Counted from the first letter of the stretch, positions 45,730 to 55,331 are shown. The stretch: DNA of 64,000 nucleotides from an uncultured Oscillospiraceae bacterium (GCA_944385665.1 CALWYB010000006.1:180-64179), one strand, 5' to 3'. Notes: generated by a model from the sequence alone, not told the origin. A program made the numbers and translations.

Positions 45730-47354
45730 ACGTCCCCCTGTTCTGACGCCGCATAGGTGAAGGAGAGAAAATCGGCGTACTTGCTGTGCTCGTTCAGGTC
45801 CTGTACTGCCATGCCTACAAACAGGCCGGTAAAGCCGTCGGCGTGGTCGTCGGAGAGGACCTTGGTCTCCAACGGCCCGCCCAGGGGGCGTTTCTCCCCC
45901 TGCTGCCAGAAGGTAAATTGCACCTGTTCCCCCTGAATGTCAACCCCCAAATGGTACTGTGGTCCCTCCAGAGGCACCTGCTCCAGCAGCCGGGCCTGTC
46001 CCCGGTCCACCGCCAGCAGCCGGGCCACCGTCCGGCTCAGCTGCTCGTCCCAGGTGATGTGGGCAAAATACTGGTTGTCCTCGTCATAGCGGCAGATAAG
46101 CCCCGCCGCCTGCTGGAAGGAGTCAGGGGCAAAGCGGAAGACGGTCTCCGCCCGGGCGTGGAGCTGGGTAACCCGCCGGGCCACCAGCCCCTGGCGGAAG
46201 CGGGAGAACACCGACTCCTGCCCGTAGATCCGCAGCACCCCCGGCTGCTCCCGGGTGGTGACCCCTACCTTCTCGGGGGCGGCCCGGAGGGTCTGGAAAT
46301 CGGCCCAGAAGGCGTCGGTGTCAAAGGTGTACACCTTGCTCTCCCGTCCGGGCTCCGGGATGGGTTCTCCCTCCCCGGGTACCTCCACCCAGTCCTTGGG
46401 GTGCTTATTCCCCTCCAGGTAGGGCCAGCCGTCCCGCCAGACCACCCGCTCCAGGGCGGCCTCCCGGCCCAGAGGACAGCAATGGGTGTCCCCCAGCTCC
46501 CGGGCGCACAGGTGGGCCAGGTACCAGCTGCCGTTCTTGGCCTGGAAGAAGGTGGCGTGTCCCGCCTTCTTCAGCCGCACCGCTCCGGTGCCCCGCCGCG
46601 CCAGCTCTCCGGCGGTGTCTTCCCAGCCCCCGTCCCAGGAGGTGAGCACCGGGTTGTCCGGGTGGAGCTCATAGGGGCCGGTGAGATTGCGGCTGCGGGC
46701 CACGGTGGCGGCGTGGAAAAAGCCGGTGCCCCCCTCGGCGGTACACAGGTAGTAGTAGCCGTCCCGCTGAAAGAGGTTGGGACCCTCAGTGCTGCCGATG
46801 GGACTGCCGGGGAAGATCTTTTTCGGCTCCCCCACCAGCTTCTCCCGCTCCGGGCTGTACTCCTGCAAAAGGATGCCGGTGAAGGGGTTTTCCCCCCAGC
46901 ACACCTTGCGCCAGTCCCACTCCATGTTCAGCACCCACTTGCGCCCGTCCTCCCCGTGGAAGAGGGAGGGATCAAAGCCGCTGGAGTTCAGGTAGACGGG
47001 CTGGCTCCAGGGGCCGGTGATGTCCGGGGCGGAGATGAGGAAGTTGTCCACATCCATCACCGGATGCCGCCGGGCTCCGTGGACCACGGTGTACAGCAGG
47101 TAAAACCGCTCCCCGTCAAAGCTCAGGTGAGGGGCCCACACGCCGTCGGAGCCCATGGTGCCCTCCAGCACCATTTTATCCTCTGAGTCCAGGGGAGCGC
47201 AAGTATAAGTCCAGTGGGCCAGATCCTGGGAGCGGTAGATCCGCACCCCGGGGAACCACTCAAAGGTGGACACAGCGATATAGTACTCCCCTCGGGCCAG
47301 CACCGGAGAGGGGTCGGGGTGGAAGCCCCGGAGAATGGGATTTTCAACACGCAT
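45726..47354 (-). CDS. GH43 beta-xylosidase/alpha-L-arabinofuranosidase
   Basis: 542 aa. NPILRGFHPDPS, VWAPHLSFDGERFYLLYT, GFDPSLFHGEDGRKW and STEGPNLFQRDGYYYL are typical of XynB-like GH43. Its stop overlaps the GH2 start by 4 nt. Confidence 0.9.
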   Translation of the reverse strand: MRVENPILRGFHPDPSPVLARGEYYIAVSTFEWFPGVRIYRSQDLAHWTYTCAPLDSEDKMVLEGTMGSDGVWAPHLSFDGERFYLLYTVVHGARRHPVMDVDNFLISAPDITGPWSQPVYLNSSGFDPSLFHGEDGRKWVLNMEWDWRKVCWGENPFTGILLQEYSPEREKLVGEPKKIFPGSPIGSTEGPNLFQRDGYYYLCTAEGGTGFFHAATVARSRNLTGPYELHPDNPVLTSWDGGWEDTAGELARRGTGAVRLKKAGHATFFQAKNGSWYLAHLCARELGDTHCCPLGREAALERVVWRDGWPYLEGNKHPKDWVEVPGEGEPIPEPGRESKVYTFDTDAFWADFQTLRAAPEKVGVTTREQPGVLRIYGQESVFSRFRQGLVARRVTQLHARAETVFRFAPDSFQQAAGLICRYDEDNQYFAHITWDEQLSRTVARLLAVDRGQARLLEQVPLEGPQYHLGVDIQGEQVQFTFWQQGEKRPLGGPLETKVLSDDHADGFTGLFVGMAVQDLNEHSKYADFLSFTYAASEQGDV

Positions 47355-47384
47355 GCAGATTCCTCCAGCCGTTTGACAACCGAC

Positions 47385-47443
47385 AAAAAAAGGAATTCAC
47401 CAGCCTGTCTGTTGTGCTCAGTTCTGTATGAATTCCTTTTTTT
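47385..47443 (-). terminator. Long-loop hairpin with flanking A/T runs inside the sugar operon (possible partial terminator)
   Basis: AAAAAAAGGAATTCA...(29 nt)...TGAATTCCTTTTTTT, between the MBL gene stop (47446) and the GH43 start (47354). Confidence 0.35.
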
Positions 47444-47445
47444 AT

Positions 47446-48258
47446 TCACTTATTCACATGTTCCGGGGTATAGGAGATGCCGATGGTCTTGTACTCGTAG
47501 AGCAGCTTATAGCCGTCGGGCAGCTCCACCCGCTTCCCTACGGCGGGATCGGCCAGCACCGTCTGGGCGGCGGTGATGTAGTCCTCCAGGATGGAGGCGT
47601 CCAGGGGGCAGCGGTGGTGTCCCGGCCAGATCTGAGTAAACTCATCCCGGCGGGCCAGCAGTTTGCGGTCCGACTCCAGCACGTCCTCCACCGCGGCGGA
47701 GTGGTCGAAGTAGACCAGCACCTCATTGTCGCAGGCCATGTCGCCGGAGAACAAGTAGCCGTACTTCTTGTCCAGCAGGCACACGCTGCCCCGGGTGTGG
47801 CCGGGGGCGGCGATGACCTCCAGGGTGCGCCCCCCCAGATCCAGCACCTGGCCGCCGGCCAGGTCCCCGGTGACAGTGGGAGCTCTCATGCCTACAAAGG
47901 CCGCCCGCTCCTCCGGGGAGACCGTGACCTGGTAGAGCTGGCAGAAGCGCTCCAGCTGCCGGGCCCGCTCCGCGGGCTCAAAGCCCTGAGCCAGCACATT
48001 CCGGTCGGCGGGATGGATGAGGCACTCCGAAAACAGGGCCGCGCAGCCCGTGTGGTCGAAGTGTCCGTGGGTGAGCACGGCGGTCACCGGCTTTCCGGTG
48101 AGGGAGGCTATCGCCTCCCCCAGACCGGAAAATCCGTTGCCGCAGTCGATGAGGGCCGCCCGCTCCTCCCCCTCTACCAGGTAGAGGTAGGTGTGGAAGG
48201 GGTCCTCCAGACGCCAGGTGTGCTGATCCAGTTGGGAAATGGTGTAATGGTTGCTCAT
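47446..48258 (-). CDS. MBL-fold metallo-hydrolase
   Basis: 270 aa. Metal-binding motif THGHFDH, plus GHTRGS and a later HH. Confidence 0.85.
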   Translation of the reverse strand: MSNHYTISQLDQHTWRLEDPFHTYLYLVEGEERAALIDCGNGFSGLGEAIASLTGKPVTAVLTHGHFDHTGCAALFSECLIHPADRNVLAQGFEPAERARQLERFCQLYQVTVSPEERAAFVGMRAPTVTGDLAGGQVLDLGGRTLEVIAAPGHTRGSVCLLDKKYGYLFSGDMACDNEVLVYFDHSAAVEDVLESDRKLLARRDEFTQIWPGHHRCPLDASILEDYITAAQTVLADPAVGKRVELPDGYKLLYEYKTIGISYTPEHVNK

Positions 48259-49091
48259 TATCCCTTCACGCTTCCGGCTACGATGCCTTCGATAACGTAC
48301 TTCTGGCCCGCCAGATAGAGGATGAGCACCGGCAGCATGGTGAGCACCAGGCCGGCCATCATGGGGGCGTAATCCGCCGAGTGGTTGCCCAGGAAGGCGT
48401 AGGTCATCAGGGGCAGCGTCTTCACTTCCTTCAGGGACAGGAAGGTGCTGGCCAGGATGTAGTCGTTCCAGATGGACAGGGCGGTAAAGATGACGCAGGT
48501 GATGGTGATGGGCTTGAGCAGGGGCAGGATGATGGTAAAGAAGGTGCGCTCGGAGGAGGCGCCGTCAATGAGGGCCGCCTCATCCAGCTCCGCGGGAATG
48601 CCGCTGACAAAGCCGCTGTACAGGAAGGTGGGGAAGGGGATGTTCAGGCCGATGTGCAGGAAGGTCACCAGCCAGATGTTGTTGGTCAGGCCCAGGTACA
48701 TGCCGTACAGACGGACCTGGGGGATCATGATGACCTGGTAGGGGATGACCATGGCCGCGATGAGCAGCATGTAGACCACCTTGTTGATCTTCCAGCGGTA
48801 GCGGGTGATCACATAGGCGTTCATGGCGCTGAGGATGGAACTGATGGCGGTGGCGATGACCACGATGATGATGGAGTTCTTGAAGGCGTTGAGGAAGTTC
48901 ATGGTGTCAAACGCCGTGACGTAGTTGGCCACCTTGCCGAAGGTATCCAGGCTGAAGGGGTTGGCTACGAAAGCGGTGGACTCCTTGAAGCTGTTCAGAA
49001 TCACCAGGAAGAAGGGCATCACGAACAGGAGGGCCATGACCAGCACAACAAAGAAGATGATCCATGTGGTAGTTTGTTTCCGCTTTTCCAT
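48258..49091 (-). CDS. Carbohydrate ABC transporter permease (MalG-like)
   Basis: 277 aa, 6 TM. EAA-type loop (IPAELDEAALIDGASSERTFFTIILPLLKP). Confidence 0.9.
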   Translation of the reverse strand: MEKRKQTTTWIIFFVVLVMALLFVMPFFLVILNSFKESTAFVANPFSLDTFGKVANYVTAFDTMNFLNAFKNSIIIVVIATAISSILSAMNAYVITRYRWKINKVVYMLLIAAMVIPYQVIMIPQVRLYGMYLGLTNNIWLVTFLHIGLNIPFPTFLYSGFVSGIPAELDEAALIDGASSERTFFTIILPLLKPITITCVIFTALSIWNDYILASTFLSLKEVKTLPLMTYAFLGNHSADYAPMMAGLVLTMLPVLILYLAGQKYVIEGIVAGSVKG

Positions 49092-49092
49092 C

Positions 49093-49968
49093 TCAGTTGA
49101 CCTCCTTCCGCTTGGAAATGCTGACCTGGATGATGGAGATGATGGCCACGATCACGAAGAGGACCACGGCCTCGGCCTGGCCCTTGCCGTACTCGAAGTT
49201 GCTGAAGGCGGTCTGGTAAATCTTCAGAGCCAGCAGCTCGGTGCTCTTGAAGGGGCCGCCGGAGGTCAGGGACAGGTTCACGTCGAAGGACATGAAGGCC
49301 TTGGAAATAGCCATGAAGGTGCAGATGGTGACCGAGGACATGATCATGGGCAGCTTGATCATGCGGAACAGCTGCCAGCTGTTGGTGCCGTCGATGCGGG
49401 CGGCCTCCAGCACCTCGCTGGGGATGTTGCTGAAGCCGGCCACGTAAATAACCATCAGGTAGCCGCTCAGCTGCCAGACCGTAACCACGATCAAGGCCAC
49501 CATGGCCATCACCGGGTCGGTCAGCCAGGAGGTTTTCAGGATGCCGATGTTGGTGAGATCACCGATCTTGGTCATGGCGAAGGAGAAGATGTAGTTCCAG
49601 ATGTAGCCCATGACGATGCCGCCGATCATGTTGGAGGCAAAGAAGCAGGTGCGGAAAATGCTCTGCATCCGGATGCCGGCGGTGAGCAGCAGGGCCAGGA
49701 TGATACCCAGCACATTGCTGAGCACCACGACAAAGAACACGTAAATGAAGGTCTTCAGCAGGGAGTCCACGAAGGTGGAATCAGAGAAGACGTCCGCATA
49801 GTTTTGAAGACCAATGATGTTATAGGCATTGGACAGGCCGTTCCAGTCGGTCAGGGTCAGATACAGGCCATATACCAGAGGGATGATGACCACCAGAGCC
49901 CAGATCAACATGGGAGGCACAACAAATTCGCAGAACAGGCGGATGTTCTTGCGCTTTTTTCTACTCAT
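49093..49968 (-). CDS. Sugar ABC transporter permease (MalF-like)
   Basis: ORF trimmed to the ATG at 49968 (MSRKKRKNIRLFCEFVVPP...). EAA loop (IPSEVLEAARIDGTNSWQLFRMIKLP). Confidence 0.9.
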   Translation of the reverse strand: MSRKKRKNIRLFCEFVVPPMLIWALVVIIPLVYGLYLTLTDWNGLSNAYNIIGLQNYADVFSDSTFVDSLLKTFIYVFFVVVLSNVLGIILALLLTAGIRMQSIFRTCFFASNMIGGIVMGYIWNYIFSFAMTKIGDLTNIGILKTSWLTDPVMAMVALIVVTVWQLSGYLMVIYVAGFSNIPSEVLEAARIDGTNSWQLFRMIKLPMIMSSVTICTFMAISKAFMSFDVNLSLTSGGPFKSTELLALKIYQTAFSNFEYGKGQAEAVVLFVIVAIISIIQVSISKRKEVN

Positions 49969-50152
49969 AAAATAACCATGCCTTTCCGGGAAACACGCCA
50001 ACAATGGGAATGTAGGGGGTTGGGGCTTCCGCATTTGATAAAAGGGTAGACAGGGCTTTCTCGGAGTTTTCTTTTGTCAGGCCATGGAGACGGCGGTGCC
50101 GTCTCCATGGCCTGTTTGATACTCTCTTTGACTTTGGATGGGAAGCAGGGAA

Positions 50153-51484
50153 TTACTCCTGAGCCTGCCAGTAAGCCTGGATGGCGTCGGCAGCGGCGTC
50201 GCGGTCCATCTGGCCCACCAGGTACTGCTGCATGACAGCGCCGTTCTCAGACCAGAAGTCGGAGGGCAGCAGCAGGCTGAAGGCGTAGGTGCTGTAAGTG
50301 TTGCCGCTCTGGATGTAGGACTGGGTGGAAGCAATGACAGGGCTGGTGTAGTTCACGTCGGCGTCGGCGAAGGGCAGAGCCACGGCCAGCAGATCGGCCA
50401 TCGCCTGCTGATTGCCCAGGCACAGGAACTCAACAAACTTCTTGGCGGCAGCCTGCTGCTCCTCGGTAGTCTGGCTGGCGTCGATGCAGTAGGCCTTGGC
50501 GGGGAACACGCCCAGCTGCTGGTTGATGGCGTCGTCGGCGTTGTTGGTCAGAGGCACAGGCATGATGCCGTACTCATCGTTGGGGTCAGCAGTGGACTCC
50601 AGGTAGGACCAGCCCCAGTCGCCCATGAACCACATAGCGGCCTTGCCGGAGGTCATGCTCTGACCGTCGATATCGGTGTTGCCCACCAGGGGATCGCTGG
50701 AGTTGTAGTTGTACTTGGCAAACACATCGAAGGTGTCCATCACGTTGTTCCAGGCCTCGTCGCTCTTCAGGTCGACCTCGCCGGCCTTGACGCTGTTGAT
50801 GAAGGCCTCCTGCTCCTCAGCGCCGCCGCGGATGCCGGTGAACACCTGGCTGAGGAAGTGGGAACCCAGGGACCAATCCACGCCGGTGAGCATCAGGGGA
50901 GCCACACCGCCGGCCTGGATCTTGTCGCACAGGGCGATCAGGTCGTCACGGGTCTTGATGGTGCTGGGATCGAAGGTCTCGCCGGTGGCCTCCTCAATGG
51001 TGGTCTTGTTGTACAGGATACCCATGGCCTGCACGGAGTTGGGGATGCCGTAGATCTGGCCGTCCGCACCCTTGAACACGTCCACATAGGACTGGTCGAT
51101 CTGGTTCATGAAGGTCAGCTCGGAGGAGTCCAGGGGCAGCAGGTTCTCAGAGTTCTGGATGATATCCACGGCGTCCATGATGGACACGGTGGGAGCCTGG
51201 CCGCTGGAGTACAGGGTCATCCACTTCTGCTTCTCGCTGCTGTCGTAGGCGATGTAGTCCACCTTGATGTCGGGGTTGGCCTCCATGAACTCGTCGCACA
51301 GGGCCTCAAACTGGGAGTCCTTGCCGGGGATAGTGGTATACAGGGAAATGGTGGTCTGGCCGGAAGCGCCGGAACCGTCACCGGAACCGTCGCTGGAATC
51401 CTTGCTGCCGCAGGCGGCCAGAGACAGGGTCATGGCCGCGGCCATGATCAGGGAAAGCGCTTTGGTAAGATTTTGCCGTTTCAC
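50153..51484 (-). CDS. ABC transporter extracellular solute-binding lipoprotein (family 1)
   Basis: GTG start at 51484 after GGAGG. Lipobox LSLAAC-GS followed by a Ser/Gly/Asp linker. 443 aa. Confidence 0.9.
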   Translation of the reverse strand: MKRQNLTKALSLIMAAAMTLSLAACGSKDSSDGSGDGSGASGQTTISLYTTIPGKDSQFEALCDEFMEANPDIKVDYIAYDSSEKQKWMTLYSSGQAPTVSIMDAVDIIQNSENLLPLDSSELTFMNQIDQSYVDVFKGADGQIYGIPNSVQAMGILYNKTTIEEATGETFDPSTIKTRDDLIALCDKIQAGGVAPLMLTGVDWSLGSHFLSQVFTGIRGGAEEQEAFINSVKAGEVDLKSDEAWNNVMDTFDVFAKYNYNSSDPLVGNTDIDGQSMTSGKAAMWFMGDWGWSYLESTADPNDEYGIMPVPLTNNADDAINQQLGVFPAKAYCIDASQTTEEQQAAAKKFVEFLCLGNQQAMADLLAVALPFADADVNYTSPVIASTQSYIQSGNTYSTYAFSLLLPSDFWSENGAVMQQYLVGQMDRDAAADAIQAYWQAQE

Positions 51485-51537
51485 GATTCATTCCTCCATT
51501 TTTAGTTAATTATTTTAAGCTTTACAGCATAAAATAC

Positions 51538-52542
51538 TCACTGATGGCGCCGGGTGGAATTGCGCCGGAGCACCTGGTAGGGGTAGTAGATCCACTCTTT
51601 TTTCCCCTGCTCCTCCTGCTTTTTGAACAGCTGCTCGCACAGGATCTCCCCCCGCTTGCAGCTGCGCACGGTGGACAGAGGGATCTCAAAGATATCGGAT
51701 ACCGCATCGTCAAATCCGAACACGGAGATGTCCTTGGGGACGCTCAGGTCCACCGACTTCAAAAATCGGATCGCGCCCACCGCGATCATATCGGAACCGC
51801 ACACCACCGCGGATGGGAGCTTGAGGTTGTTTTCATAAATCTCCTTCATGCCCTGGTGTCCGCCCTCAATGCTGAACTGCTCCTGTCGGATATAGGAGGC
51901 GGGGACCTCCAGTCCATTTTCCTCCATGGCGTTGAGATAGCCCTGGAGGCGGAGCTTGCCGTTGGTGTAGTCGTTGGCGTCGCCGCCGATGTAGGCGATG
52001 CGCCGGTGGCCCTCCTGGATGAGAAAGTCGGTCACATCCCGGGCGGCGTGGTAGCTGTCGTCGGTGACGGTGGTAAATTCACACTCCCCCGACTCCACCC
52101 CCTGCTGGGCCAGGATCACCGGGCAGCTGAACTCCCGCAGCTTGGCCAGCAGCGGCTCGTCCAGGTGGACCCCCATGAAGATCAGTCCGTCCACGTGGCG
52201 CTCCAGCAGCTTATCCAGAAGGAATATCGCCTTCTCATTGCTGGAGTCATAGTTGCAGGTGAGCATGATCTTGTTGTGTTTCATGCAGCAGGCGTCGATC
52301 TCCCAGAGGATGCGGGCCGTCACCGGGTTGGTGATGTCGGCCTCCACCACGGCGATGACGTCGCTGCGCTTGGTGATGAGGCTGCGGGCCGCCGCGTTGG
52401 GCTTGTAGTTCATCTTCTCCACGCTGCGGATAACCCGCTCCCGCAGCTCCTCGCTGACCGTGCCGGCGCCGTTGATGACCCGGGAGACCGTGGGGACGGA
52501 CACCTTTGCGTCCGCCGCAATATCTGCAATGGTTACTGCCAT
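51538..52542 (-). CDS. LacI family transcriptional regulator
   Basis: ORF trimmed to the ATG at 52542 with a GGAGGAGGG RBS. HTH MAVTIADIAADAKVSVPTVSRVING..., then a periplasmic-binding-protein-like fold. Confidence 0.92.
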   Translation of the reverse strand: MAVTIADIAADAKVSVPTVSRVINGAGTVSEELRERVIRSVEKMNYKPNAAARSLITKRSDVIAVVEADITNPVTARILWEIDACCMKHNKIMLTCNYDSSNEKAIFLLDKLLERHVDGLIFMGVHLDEPLLAKLREFSCPVILAQQGVESGECEFTTVTDDSYHAARDVTDFLIQEGHRRIAYIGGDANDYTNGKLRLQGYLNAMEENGLEVPASYIRQEQFSIEGGHQGMKEIYENNLKLPSAVVCGSDMIAVGAIRFLKSVDLSVPKDISVFGFDDAVSDIFEIPLSTVRSCKRGEILCEQLFKKQEEQGKKEWIYYPYQVLRRNSTRRHQ

Positions 52543-52645
52543 GTTCCGGTCCCTCCTCCATGTGCGCTTTTTTTCGTCCTGCGTCTGCACCCATAATTTT
52601 GCATGTCGTTTTTTGCTGTTCTTGTCGATTTTTATTGCTATTTTG

Positions 52646-52665
52646 TTAAGAAAGCGTTTTCTTAA
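52646..52665. promoter_or_regulatory. LacI-type palindromic operator candidate 1
   Basis: TTAAGAAAGCGTTTTCTTAA, an imperfect palindrome around a central CG, about 100 nt upstream of the LacI gene start. Confidence 0.5.
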
Positions 52666-52810
52666 TTCAGAAAAATAGATTGCGTGTTTCGCACTCCCTA
52701 ATATTCATGCTTCTTTCACGCAAAATATTCAGTAAAAATTCAGATGAAATCCACTGTCTCGACCTGGAATCTGTTACCTTTTCCTTATGTACTTTTTTTA
52801 CTTCTCTGTG

Positions 52811-52828
52811 AGAAAATGTTTTCTTAAG
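52811..52828. promoter_or_regulatory. LacI-type palindromic operator candidate 2
   Basis: AGAAAATGTTTTCTTAAG. The core AGAAAA-TG-TTTTCT is palindromic and related to site 1. Confidence 0.45.
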
Positions 52829-52988
52829 CATCCATATGCTTAGTTCTTTTTTTCGCTTCCGTCAATTCTTTTTTGTCTCTTCTCTATAATTTCGTGATAG
52901 TTTACAACTATTTATTTCCCATTTTGTATATCCTCACCATACCATGTTCCTTGCCTTTTTGCCGGGTTCCGGACAGGTCAGGTTGCTT

Positions 52989-53588
52989 TTATTGATATTT
53001 CTTAAAGATTTTCAGAAAGAAAACGCTTGTAATGCCGAAATAAAGCCCAATTCCGCACAAAATCACCACAATCAGGATGCGAGGCTGCCAAAATCCCACC
53101 CACACCAGGAAAGCTGCCAGGGCAATGGCTAGAATTGTGTACGGAATATTGGCAATGGACATCAAGAAAGCGTTTTTCAGTGTCCGTATCATGGTGTTTT
53201 CAAACCGGGACTGGACGGGGAACAGGTAGATGAGCGTAAAGAGATACAGCAGGGCAAAGACGGTGAAGAAGACCATCATCCCCGTGCCCAGCATGCCGTG
53301 CATCTGGCGGCTGAACACCAGGTCCCCCGCCAGCACTCCTCCGGCGGCCACAGCCATCAGCCACAGCTTGGTGGACTGGCCGAAGTTGCTCCGGAAGGCC
53401 TTCCAGAAGTTGCTCCAGACGGTATCCTGGCCATACTCCAGTTTCTTCATGGCGGCGTAGTAGGCCGCGGTGGTAGAGGCGCCGATGGTAAAGAGAGGAA
53501 TGCTGAATACCACCCAGATCAGCTGTAAAATGATCATATCCGCAAAAAAGCTCAGGATTCGGAACAGACGGCCATCGTATTCAAACAT
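52989..53588 (-). CDS. YesL family (DUF624) membrane protein
   Basis: 199 aa. MFEYDGRLFRILSFFADMIILQLIWVVFSIPLFTIGASTTAAYYA... is typical of YesL proteins associated with sugar ABC loci. Confidence 0.8.
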   Translation of the reverse strand: MFEYDGRLFRILSFFADMIILQLIWVVFSIPLFTIGASTTAAYYAAMKKLEYGQDTVWSNFWKAFRSNFGQSTKLWLMAVAAGGVLAGDLVFSRQMHGMLGTGMMVFFTVFALLYLFTLIYLFPVQSRFENTMIRTLKNAFLMSIANIPYTILAIALAAFLVWVGFWQPRILIVVILCGIGLYFGITSVFFLKIFKKYQ

Positions 53589-53665
53589 GTTGGTTTAGGC
53601 TCCCTTCATTTCTTTTGTTGCATCTTACCATAAAACGGCGGAGCCGTCTATCTCTGGAATACAAA

Positions 53666-53702
53666 ACAGCCGCCGGGATGCAGCGGGCATCCCGGCGGCT
53701 GT
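53666..53702 (-). terminator. Intrinsic terminator after the second MATE gene
   Basis: Minus strand: ACAGCCGCCGGGATGC-ccgct-GCATCCCGGCGGCTGT followed by TTTGTATT. Confidence 0.75.
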
Positions 53703-53752
53703 GTCTGCCGCATGATCTGGGCTTATTTTGTTTTTCCGGCGGGGAATGGGAC

Positions 53753-55165
53753 TCATCCCTGGACGCTCCGGGCCAGGCGGCTCTCGCCGGCCGGCACGCG
53801 CTTCTCCTCTCTGAGCTGGCGCATCTCGCCGGCGATAAAGGCCAGGGACAGCACAAAGGCCAGGCCGTCGGCCACCGGGCCGGACCACAGCACGCCGGTC
53901 ACCCCCAGGAAGATGGGCAGGATGATGGCGGCAGGGACCAGGAAGATGATCTGCCGGGACAGGGAGACGATGGCGGCCTTCATAGGCTTGCCCACCGCCT
54001 GCAGGTAGATGGCGGCCACGGTCTGGAAGCCGTTGAGGGGGCACAGCAGCAGGAAGATGCGGAAGCAAAGCACCGCAAACTCGTTGTACAGGCCCTCCTC
54101 CGAGCCGAACAGGGACACCACCGCCATGGGGAAGCACTGGAAGATAAGGAGGGCGACCACCGCCACCACCTCGGCGGCGGCAATGGCCAGGGCAAAGGTC
54201 TTTTTCACCCGGGCCAGGTTCCTGGCGCCGTAGTTGTAGCCCAGGATGGGCTGGGCGCCGGCGGCGATGCCCACCAGGATGGAGATCATGATCTGGTTGA
54301 CCTTCATGACGATGCCCATGGCAGTGATGGGGATCTCGGAGCCGTAGATGGAGCCGGCGCCGTAGGCGGCCAGCAGGTTGTTGGTCACCGCCATGACGAT
54401 GGTGATGGAGATCTGGGTGATGAAGCTGCTCACCCCCAGGCTGAGGACGCTGCCGCAGATCCTGCCGTCCAGCTTCAGGGCGGAGGCGTCAAAGCGGAAG
54501 GTCTTGAAGCGGGTGAGGTACACGGCGGACACCACAAAGGAGGCCACCTGACCCAGCACCGTGGCAATGGCCGCCCCCTGGACGCCCATGTGGAACAGGA
54601 AGATAAACACGGGGTCCAGAATGGTGTTGAGCACCGCGCCCAGCAGCATGGAGAACATGGCGAACTTGGGGTTGCCGTCGGCCCGGATCATGGAGTTCAG
54701 GGCGGTGGAGATCATGGTGAAGGGCAGCCCGATGGCGATGATATAGCCGTAATCCAGGGCGTAGGGGCGCAGCTTGTCGGTGGCGCCGAACACGGTCAAA
54801 ATGGGGTTGAGAAACATCAGGGACACCACCAGCATCAGAATGCCCGCGATGGTCACCATGGCCACGGCGTTGCCCACGCCTTTCTTCACCCGCTCCAGGT
54901 CCCCCTGGCCCAGCTTCAGGCTCAGGTAGGCGGCGCCGCCGTCGCCGATGAGCAGGGCAAAGGCCAGGGCGATCACGGTGATGGGGAACACCACGTTGGT
55001 GGCGCCGTTGCCCAGGTAGCCCACGCCCCAGCCGATGAAGATCTGGTCCACGATGTTATACAGGGCGTTCACCAGCAGGGAGATGACGCAGGGGACGGCA
55101 AAGCGGACAATGAGCCGCCCGATGGGCTCAGTTGCAAAGGGACTGTTCTTTTCGGTCAATTCCAT
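53753..55165 (-). CDS. MATE family efflux transporter
   Basis: ORF trimmed to the ATG at 55165 (MELTEKNSPFATEPIGRLIVRFAVPCVISLLVNALYNIVDQIFIG...). 470 aa, 12 TM. Confidence 0.9.
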   Translation of the reverse strand: MELTEKNSPFATEPIGRLIVRFAVPCVISLLVNALYNIVDQIFIGWGVGYLGNGATNVVFPITVIALAFALLIGDGGAAYLSLKLGQGDLERVKKGVGNAVAMVTIAGILMLVVSLMFLNPILTVFGATDKLRPYALDYGYIIAIGLPFTMISTALNSMIRADGNPKFAMFSMLLGAVLNTILDPVFIFLFHMGVQGAAIATVLGQVASFVVSAVYLTRFKTFRFDASALKLDGRICGSVLSLGVSSFITQISITIVMAVTNNLLAAYGAGSIYGSEIPITAMGIVMKVNQIMISILVGIAAGAQPILGYNYGARNLARVKKTFALAIAAAEVVAVVALLIFQCFPMAVVSLFGSEEGLYNEFAVLCFRIFLLLCPLNGFQTVAAIYLQAVGKPMKAAIVSLSRQIIFLVPAAIILPIFLGVTGVLWSGPVADGLAFVLSLAFIAGEMRQLREEKRVPAGESRLARSVQG

Positions 55166-55199
55166 TCTCTTCTCCTTTTCCTTCCGTCTTACAAGACAC

Positions 55200-55246
55200 A
55201 AAAAAGCAGGCGGTGCACCGGGATCTCTCCTCGGCACACCGCCTGC
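55200..55246 (-). terminator. Intrinsic terminator downstream of the polyamine operon, lying only about 35 nt upstream of the MATE start codon
   Basis: Minus strand: GCAGGCGGTG...CACCGCCTGC followed by TTTTTTGTGTC. Confidence 0.75.
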
Positions 55247-55331
55247 GGAATGGACTTGTAAGGGTTCTTTCTCACAGCGCACCGCAGCTCCCACATCACG
55301 CTCTTTGGGATTTCGGTGCGAACAATGGATT

